Positions 57,692 to 64,000 of a DNA stretch of 64,000 bases are shown here, piece after piece (the first letter of the stretch is position 1; each line of letters starts with the position of its first letter). The notes below the pieces were generated by a model. It saw only the letters and a program-made list of their open reading frames with translations. It did not search any database and was not told where the DNA came from. The stretch is from positions 2,286 to 66,285 of the IMG/VR virus record IMGVR_UViG_3300042863_000390; one strand, 5' to 3'. Origin of the DNA: a virus. The position numbers and the translations under genes were made by a program.

Positions 57692-57973
57692 ATGAAAAAA
57701 CCAGTAGCTAAAAAAATTGTAGAAAAGAAAACAGGTGAAAAGTATGTTTCTAAAGCAGCGATGATGAAACATGAAAAAGGTGAATCAAAAGCTGAGATGA
57801 AAAAAGAATACGGTAAAGTTAAACCTGCTGCAAAGCAAATGAAAACTCCTGCTAAGATGAATTCACCAATGCAAATGAAATCTGCAGCTTATATGAAAAT
57901 GGCAGATAAAATGGCTCCGACTAAAATGAAGGCAGCTGATAAAAAAGCTCCTATGAAAATGAAAAAATGTTAG
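57692..57973 (+). CDS. Lys/Met-rich basic protein ending APMKMKKC
   Basis: Repeated P-x-K-M units. Confidence 0.65.
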   Translation: MKKPVAKKIVEKKTGEKYVSKAAMMKHEKGESKAEMKKEYGKVKPAAKQMKTPAKMNSPMQMKSAAYMKMADKMAPTKMKAADKKAPMKMKKC

Positions 57974-58023
57974 TAATAACATTCTTTATATATATATAAC
58001 AAACAAAAAAACAAAAACAAAAA

Positions 58024-58296
58024 ATGGCAAAATTTATCCAAATCCCAACCACTGTAGCTGGTTCACCAAACATCTTATTTAACGCGGACACTGTTAGCTC
58101 TGTTGCTTATTTAACAGCTACCACGTTTGCAGTTTACGCTCAAGCAAAAGTATTTACATTTACAACTAGTGCTGCTGGTGCTGCTGGAACTGTAGCTGCG
58201 GTTATCAAAGCTATCTTGGCTCAGAATGGACCAGTTTTAGTAGATGTTGTAATGCCTACTGGTGTTACTATCGCTGCTCTACCTGTAGTATCCTAA
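58024..58296 (+). CDS. Small structural protein (possible capsid decoration)
   Basis: Ala/Thr/Val-rich, biased codons, followed by a terminator. Confidence 0.55.
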   Translation: MAKFIQIPTTVAGSPNILFNADTVSSVAYLTATTFAVYAQAKVFTFTTSAAGAAGTVAAVIKAILAQNGPVLVDVVMPTGVTIAALPVVS

Positions 58297-58304
58297 TTAT
58301 TTAT

Positions 58305-58343
58305 TTTAAATCCCCTATAGAGTAATTTATAGGGGAATTTAAT
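58305..58343 (+). terminator. Hairpin terminator
   Basis: TTAAATCCCCTATAG/TTATAGGGGAATTTAA inverted repeat. Confidence 0.55.
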
Positions 58344-58361
58344 AATTTAAACCGTATAAGA

Positions 58362-58676
58362 ATGGCATTTAAAATGACAGGTCCTCCTTATAATGTGGAC
58401 AACACACCTATTTATAGTACGGACATGGATGACAATATTTTAGGTATGGCTCAAAACAATGGAACTATATTGATTAATAAAGATATATCTCCATTGGAAT
58501 TAAAAAAGAATAAGACAATAGAACATGAAAAAGTTCATATTGATCAAATGAAAAGAGGCGATCTGGATTACACAGACACTCACGTAATTTGGAAAGGAAA
58601 AAAATACAAAAGATCTTCTATGAAAGAAGGGTCTAAAAAGTTACCATGGGAAATGGAAGCTTATAAAAAACAGTAA
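58362..58676 (+). CDS. Small zincin metallopeptidase
   Basis: HEKVH.DQ and LPWEMEAY; N-terminal MAFKM. Confidence 0.7.
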   Translation: MAFKMTGPPYNVDNTPIYSTDMDDNILGMAQNNGTILINKDISPLELKKNKTIEHEKVHIDQMKRGDLDYTDTHVIWKGKKYKRSSMKEGSKKLPWEMEAYKKQ

Positions 58677-58680
58677 ATAC

Positions 58681-58699
58681 ACGTAATAATAATATTATA
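58681..58699 (+). promoter_or_regulatory. Candidate class-II promoter ACGTAAT-N8-TATA
   Basis: Shared motif upstream of the exported protein gene. Confidence 0.45.
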
Positions 58700-58720
58700 T
58701 AAATCTAATATTATTTAATT

Positions 58721-59080
58721 ATGAAAAAAGTATTTTTGATTATCGCAATTGCATTATTTAGTTTAAGCACTTTCGCTCAACAAAAGATTAATGTTGATGA
58801 TTTAATTGGATATTGGAAACCAAATGAAGAATTATCAGAATTGTTTTTTTGGAAGAACACTAAAGGCGAATTACAAACGCAAGAAATAAGTAGTACATCT
58901 GGTAGAGTAATTGATTTAGTTGAATTAAAAATTAATAAAGATTCAATTTTTATTAAAACAATATTTATCCCAAACAACTGGGTAACAGAAAATACTTATA
59001 CATTTATAGACAGTAATACTTTAAAGCGCATTACAACTGGAGATGGACAAGGGACTACAATATATACAAAAGTTAAATAA
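58721..59080 (+). CDS. Exported lipocalin-like beta protein
   Basis: Sec signal MKKVFLIIAIALFSLSTFA-Q, LIGYW motif. Confidence 0.6.
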   Translation: MKKVFLIIAIALFSLSTFAQQKINVDDLIGYWKPNEELSELFFWKNTKGELQTQEISSTSGRVIDLVELKINKDSIFIKTIFIPNNWVTENTYTFIDSNTLKRITTGDGQGTTIYTKVK

Positions 59081-59098
59081 CAATAAAAAATAAAAAAG

Positions 59099-60043
59099 AT
59101 GGCATTTAAAATGAAACCTGGAAGATTGCCTTTTATGCAAACTGGGCGTGGTATTCCTACTCCTTTTATGCAACAAAAAACAAATGCAGGAACCGGAGAA
59201 GACTTAAGCGCTCAAGCTAGAGCTCAGGCCGAAGCTAAAGCAAAAGAAAAATTAGCAGCGTTAGGCGAAAATACAGGTACATCTAAAGACGTTAGGAATG
59301 TAGAGGCTACTGCTACCGTAACAAGAGAAGGCAAAAAGGTTGAAAAAATTGCTAAGACTCCAGAAGAAATTAGAAAATGGAAAGCGGCTTCGGAAGAAAG
59401 CAAAGCTAAGTATAAAAAACAATCTGCAACTGAAACGGTAAAATTATCTGATGTTGGTAAAGATAAACCAGTAACCCCTACACCTGAACCTAAACCAGAG
59501 GAGCCTAAAAGTTACGGTATGTGGCATAAAAATGTTACCGGTTCAAATAGTAATAACTTTGGCGGATCAACAATAACAGGTCGTGTTGACCAGTCAAATT
59601 CCGCAGACGCTAAATTTATTGAAGCTTCTCAATTAAAAGATTATACCGATAAATACCAAGGTAAAGATGTTATAAATAGAAACATTGCATCTAGTAGCAA
59701 AAATAGTTTTGAATTAAAACCAATAACAGAAGAAGAAAATCGTGTGTCTCGTTTACTTGGGAATAATGTAGTTAGTCCTTATGATAAACAATGGGCCGAT
59801 AAAAAAGGGGAAAATGCCGGCACTGGAGAAATTAGAAGACAAAATTTTATTGCTGGGCGTGTAAATTATATAAAAGAAAAAGAAGCTCAAGATAAAACAA
59901 GACAAGAAGCTAAAGATAAAATAATTGCTGAAGGTAAACGAAAAGCAGAAGAATTTAAAAATTCAAAAGCAAAAAAACCCGCTCCAGTTGCAATGCAATT
60001 AAAAAAGAAAGCAAAGGCTCCAATTAAAATGAAAAAATGCTAA
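59099..60043 (+). CDS. Basic protein with MAFKM N-terminus and APIKMKKC C-terminus
   Basis: Tags shared with 58362 and 57692 proteins. Confidence 0.65.
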   Translation: MAFKMKPGRLPFMQTGRGIPTPFMQQKTNAGTGEDLSAQARAQAEAKAKEKLAALGENTGTSKDVRNVEATATVTREGKKVEKIAKTPEEIRKWKAASEESKAKYKKQSATETVKLSDVGKDKPVTPTPEPKPEEPKSYGMWHKNVTGSNSNNFGGSTITGRVDQSNSADAKFIEASQLKDYTDKYQGKDVINRNIASSSKNSFELKPITEEENRVSRLLGNNVVSPYDKQWADKKGENAGTGEIRRQNFIAGRVNYIKEKEAQDKTRQEAKDKIIAEGKRKAEEFKNSKAKKPAPVAMQLKKKAKAPIKMKKC

Positions 60044-60292
60044 ATGAAAAATCTATCAACAACAGGTTATAAAAAGAATAGCCCGGATAAAGATAGACCT
60101 TATAACGTAATACCTAGCGGGGAAATCACAATGAAAAACGTAGGTTTCCCCGTTTTGGGTATTGATAATGAAGGCAATTCTAAATTGATGGAACCAGGTG
60201 AAGATTATTCTTTTCCTGGTAACACTGTATTAGAATTCAAACTTAATACAAAAAACAAAAGAAAGATATACAATAAAATATTTAAAAAATAA
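60044..60292 (+). CDS. Conserved small phage protein
   Basis: GYK.NSPD, IPSG.ITMKNV.FPVLG.D..G....M.PG.DY.F.G..V.E. Confidence 0.65.
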   Translation: MKNLSTTGYKKNSPDKDRPYNVIPSGEITMKNVGFPVLGIDNEGNSKLMEPGEDYSFPGNTVLEFKLNTKNKRKIYNKIFKK

Positions 60293-60294
60293 TT

Positions 60295-60561
60295 ATGGGA
60301 CAATACGGAAATCAACCAGACTTTGCAACTACTGTTGGTACAGTGGCTAGCTTACCATTAACAGGCATTAAATCAGCAGCTATATATATTGGAGCGGTAG
60401 TTGATCCATTGCTTAATACTACAATAACAGTAAGACCAGTTGGTAATACTACAGATGTAACATTCTCAGGTTTAACTAGTGGCACATTTCTGCCGGTTAT
60501 TGTTTCGGGTATTACATCGGCAACTAACGTTTCTGCTGCAAATATTTTATTAGTATACTAA
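60295..60561 (+). CDS. Small structural protein
   Basis: IYIG...V.F.GL..GTFLPV.V beta-rich pattern. Confidence 0.55.
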   Translation: MGQYGNQPDFATTVGTVASLPLTGIKSAAIYIGAVVDPLLNTTITVRPVGNTTDVTFSGLTSGTFLPVIVSGITSATNVSAANILLVY

Positions 60562-60562
60562 T

Positions 60563-62512
60563 ATGATAAATATAGGGATTGGGGTAGCTTGGGCTAAGTC
60601 TTTATATAGCGTGGCTAATAATATTATTGCTAACTTTAGAGCAAGAGTATTATCATATCCAAATAGTATATTTGAAGCGGGGCCTTGCTTAGACGCAACA
60701 TTGGAAGAATTAAATGCGGTAGGATTATTAGACGATGCTTCACTTATTGTTACCCCTAATGCGTACAATGAAGGAGTATTATATGACGTTATCCCTAACA
60801 CGCCACTTGGTGATATGAATGTTGTTCGTGCTACAACTGCAACGAGAGTAAATAGTGCGGGATTGATTGAAGTAGTACCGAGAAATTTAATAGGGTATTC
60901 AGACACTTTAAATGATTTTAGTGTTATTAATGCGACTAAAACAAATAATGTTACAACTTCGCCATTTGGATTAAATAACGCAAGTAGTTTAATGGAAACT
61001 GCAACTACTGTTTTTGACCATTACGTTACAAATGATGGGTTTGGTAGTTATAACAATTCTTTAACATATAGTGTTTATTTAAAACAAAACGGACGCAGAT
61101 ATGTTCAATTAGCAACAGTTTCAAGTCAAGGTGTTGCAAGACCTATTTTTGATTTACAAAATGGAGTTTATATAAATAACGTTGGCTCAAATACGGGTAT
61201 AACTACTGCTATTGAAAATGTTGGAAATGGTTGGTTTCGTTGTTCAGTAATTCATCCGTCTAATACAACTAATTTAGACCAAGTAACGGTTATTTTACAA
61301 AAAACTGCAACATACGAAAGTTATTTAGGGGATGTTACAAAAGGTTGTTTTGTTTTTGGCGCTCAATTAGAACAAGGCTCAACAGCAACAGAATATTTCC
61401 CTACAACAACACGTTTAAATATACCTCGTATTGATTACACAAACGGAAGTTGTCCGAGTTTATTGGTAGAGCCACAAAGAACGAACTTAGTTACTTATAG
61501 TCAAAACTTAAATACAAATTGGGTAAAATCTGCTTCAACAGTTGAAACTAATTCAATTATAAGTCCCGACGGAACTCAAAATGCAACTAAATTAAATGTT
61601 ACTACTTCAGGTTATTCAGGTTTATATCAATTAGGAAATTCATCTGTAGCTAAATTTAGTTCATCAATATTTGCTAAAAAAGGTAATAAGGATTGGTTGT
61701 ATTTTGTTGATGCTAATGGAAGTGCAAATGCAGCTTTTTTTAATTTGTCTAATGGAACTTTAGGTACAGTCAGTAACGGAACTGCAAAAATAGAAGATTA
61801 CGGCAATGGTTGGTATCGTTGTACTTATTCAGACGCAAACAATGTAACAAATTCTTATTTTCAAATAGGTTTAAGCGATGCAAATAATTCAACTTTACCA
61901 AGTTCAAGTGGTTATGGTTATGTTTGGGGTGCTCAAAGAGAAGTAGGAAGTTATGCCACTTCACTGATACCGACCCAAGCATCTTCAGTAACTCGTAACG
62001 CTGATGTTATTTCTAAAACAGGAATAAGTAGTTTAATAGGGCAAACAGAGGGTACTGTTTTTGTTGATGTTAATGTTGATTTGTCTTATACTCAAGCTGA
62101 TATGAGTTTTATTAATATATCAGATGGTTCAACAACAAATAGATGGTTTATAGGAACAAACGTTTCAAATCAATTTAGATTTTATTATAAAACAGGAGCT
62201 ACAACTTATGTTTCACAATTAATAACACTGACAAGCGGAAGGCATAAACTTGCTTTTGCTTATAAAAGTAATGATTATGTCGCTTATATTGATGGTACGC
62301 AAGTTTATAGTTTAAATTCTTTAGTTGTTGGGGCAACTTCACAAGTTGATTTAGGGAATAATTTTGCTGGTGGTAATGTTTCAAAACAATTTATAAACTC
62401 AGTTCAACTATACAAAACACGTTTAACAAACGAACAATTAACTTTACTTACAGGAGACTTATACGATAGTTATGCTGAAATGGCGAATAGTTTAAATTAT
62501 ATCTTAGAATAA
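60563..62512 (+). CDS. Head/tail fibre-spike protein with carbohydrate-binding and LamG-like domains
   Basis: RATTATRVN..GLI, two GNGW.RC / WGAQ.E.G modules, PRIDY, LLVEPQRTN, TRNADV. Confidence 0.7.
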   Translation: MINIGIGVAWAKSLYSVANNIIANFRARVLSYPNSIFEAGPCLDATLEELNAVGLLDDASLIVTPNAYNEGVLYDVIPNTPLGDMNVVRATTATRVNSAGLIEVVPRNLIGYSDTLNDFSVINATKTNNVTTSPFGLNNASSLMETATTVFDHYVTNDGFGSYNNSLTYSVYLKQNGRRYVQLATVSSQGVARPIFDLQNGVYINNVGSNTGITTAIENVGNGWFRCSVIHPSNTTNLDQVTVILQKTATYESYLGDVTKGCFVFGAQLEQGSTATEYFPTTTRLNIPRIDYTNGSCPSLLVEPQRTNLVTYSQNLNTNWVKSASTVETNSIISPDGTQNATKLNVTTSGYSGLYQLGNSSVAKFSSSIFAKKGNKDWLYFVDANGSANAAFFNLSNGTLGTVSNGTAKIEDYGNGWYRCTYSDANNVTNSYFQIGLSDANNSTLPSSSGYGYVWGAQREVGSYATSLIPTQASSVTRNADVISKTGISSLIGQTEGTVFVDVNVDLSYTQADMSFINISDGSTTNRWFIGTNVSNQFRFYYKTGATTYVSQLITLTSGRHKLAFAYKSNDYVAYIDGTQVYSLNSLVVGATSQVDLGNNFAGGNVSKQFINSVQLYKTRLTNEQLTLLTGDLYDSYAEMANSLNYILE

Positions 62513-64000
62513 TGGCACAGACAAGTTTAATAATAGGAGATACAAATTGGGCAGTAAAAGAAGATAGCCTATTGGGATATAATGTTATTCAAAATAAGTA
62601 TTTACCAATACCTATCGATACCGTACGTGCTACTACAGCTACAAGAGTAAATGAACAAGGGTTAATTGAGATTGTACCAAGGAATTTACTTTTATATTCA
62701 GAACAATTTGATAATGCTAACTGGGGTAAAATTAATGCGACTGTTACAACAAATACTACAACAGCTCCAAACGGAACTTTAACAGCTGATAAATTAATAG
62801 CTACTGCTGTAAATGGAACACACCTTGTTTTACAAATAGGTGCAGGAGCAGTACTCGGGCAAAATTTAACTTTAAGTGTATATGCAAAATCAGCAGGTTT
62901 AACAAGATTACAGTTTGTTAATAATGGTGGAGGTTCAGGAATTTCAAGTTATGATTTAACAACAGGAGTTGCTACTTTAAGCAGTGGAGTTTCTGCAAGC
63001 ATGCAAGACGTTGGAAATGGTTGGTACAGATGTGTTTTAACTTTCGTTCCTAGTGCAACCGGTAATTTTAATATACAAATTAGACTGCTTGACTCTTCAG
63101 GAAATTCTACATTTACAGGAAATGATATTGATGGTATTTTTGCTTGGGGCGCTCAAATTGATAATGGCTCAGTTGCTACTGAATACTTCCCTACAACTGA
63201 TAGATTAGATATACCTCGTATTGACTATTCAACAGGTACTGCTTCGTTATTGGTGGAACCTCAGCGAACAAATTTATTAACTTATTCGGAACAATTTAAC
63301 GATGCAAGCTGGGCAGTTAATGCCACAATAACTCCAAATACTACTATTTCACCTGACGGAACTCAAGACGCAGACACTATATTGGGCACGGGGTTTATTG
63401 GTAAAAATATTTTACAATCGGGAATACATACATTTTCAGTTTTTGCAAAAGCAGGAACTTCAAACGAAATAAGATTAAATGTTTTTGATGGCACAACTGA
63501 TAGAGGTGTTTATTATAATTTATCAAACGGAACTATTACATCAAGTTACGGAACTATAATTGCGAGTAATATTGTGCTTTATAGCAATGGTTGGTATAGG
63601 ATAAGCATTACAACAAATAACGCTACAAGGTCTTATGTTCAAATACATATGGATTCTGCTCAAACTTGTTTTATCTGGGGGGCGCAATTAGAAGTAGGAA
63701 CTTACGCCACAAGTTATATCCCAACAATAGCTTCATCTGTAACTCGTAATGCTGATGTTCTTAGTAGAACAGGGATTAGTGGACTTATAGGTCAGACTGA
63801 AGGGACTTTGTTTTTAGATATAAATTTAAAAGTTGGTTTAAATAGTGGTTTTATTGCGCAATTAAGTGATGGAACGCAAAATAATAGAGTTCAAATTGGA
63901 TTAGATAATATTTCTAATAATACTATTTATTATCAAATGAATGGTAATGGAAATCTTGGTATGAATGGACAAACAAATTTTACTGATAATCAAAGATTAA
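62512..64000 (+). CDS. Paralogous fibre-spike protein, truncated by window end
   Basis: Starts MAQTSLIIGDTNWAVK overlapping the previous stop; same RATTATRVN, PRIDY, LLVEPQRTN, TRNADV motifs; appears open to the window end. Confidence 0.7.
   Translation, partial: MAQTSLIIGDTNWAVKEDSLLGYNVIQNKYLPIPIDTVRATTATRVNEQGLIEIVPRNLLLYSEQFDNANWGKINATVTTNTTTAPNGTLTADKLIATAVNGTHLVLQIGAGAVLGQNLTLSVYAKSAGLTRLQFVNNGGGSGISSYDLTTGVATLSSGVSASMQDVGNGWYRCVLTFVPSATGNFNIQIRLLDSSGNSTFTGNDIDGIFAWGAQIDNGSVATEYFPTTDRLDIPRIDYSTGTASLLVEPQRTNLLTYSEQFNDASWAVNATITPNTTISPDGTQDADTILGTGFIGKNILQSGIHTFSVFAKAGTSNEIRLNVFDGTTDRGVYYNLSNGTITSSYGTIIASNIVLYSNGWYRISITTNNATRSYVQIHMDSAQTCFIWGAQLEVGTYATSYIPTIASSVTRNADVLSRTGISGLIGQTEGTLFLDINLKVGLNSGFIAQLSDGTQNNRVQIGLDNISNNTIYYQMNGNGNLGMNGQTNFTDNQRL

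Noticed and set aside
48917-64000. Diversity-generating retroelement acting on fibre genes
   Set aside because: No reverse transcriptase and no template/variable repeat pair differing only at adenines was noticed

Overview
AT-rich genome segment of a lytic, podovirus-like tailed phage, very probably of a Bacteroidota (Flavobacteriia-type) host: no Shine-Dalgarno signals, GNVGIGT-repeat fibre, DUF5675-type lysin, virion module resembling Cellulophaga phi38:1-like/crAss-related phages. Layout: 1-27.7 kb (+) packaging, capsid, tail and three probable ejection proteins, including a 2585-aa polyvalent protein; 27.7-46.1 kb (-) nucleotide metabolism, replication/recombination, a sigma factor and many small early genes; 46.1-46.6 kb divergent repeat-rich intergenic region; 46.6-64 kb (+) small basic proteins, tail fibres, lysis, GroEL/GroES. 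No DNA polymerase, integrase or CRISPR was seen. Most notable signals, all found by eye: (1) a sigma70 region-2-like domain inside the giant ejection protein, plus 11 fixed-spacing 44-bp promoter-like motifs that do not match the Bacteroidota housekeeping consensus; (2) a tightly tiled structured-RNA cluster punctuated by anticodon-defective tRNA-like elements directly behind a KTSC gene; (3) three copies of a quasi-palindrome with an invariant 24-nt AT spacer, one containing the start codon of an HTH/Rep-like gene; (4) a strand-polarised WTGCTATACRC motif; (5) small late proteins sharing SP(L/M)K, MAFKM and PxKMKKC tags next to a zincin peptidase. Functional interpretations are inference; no database searches were run.
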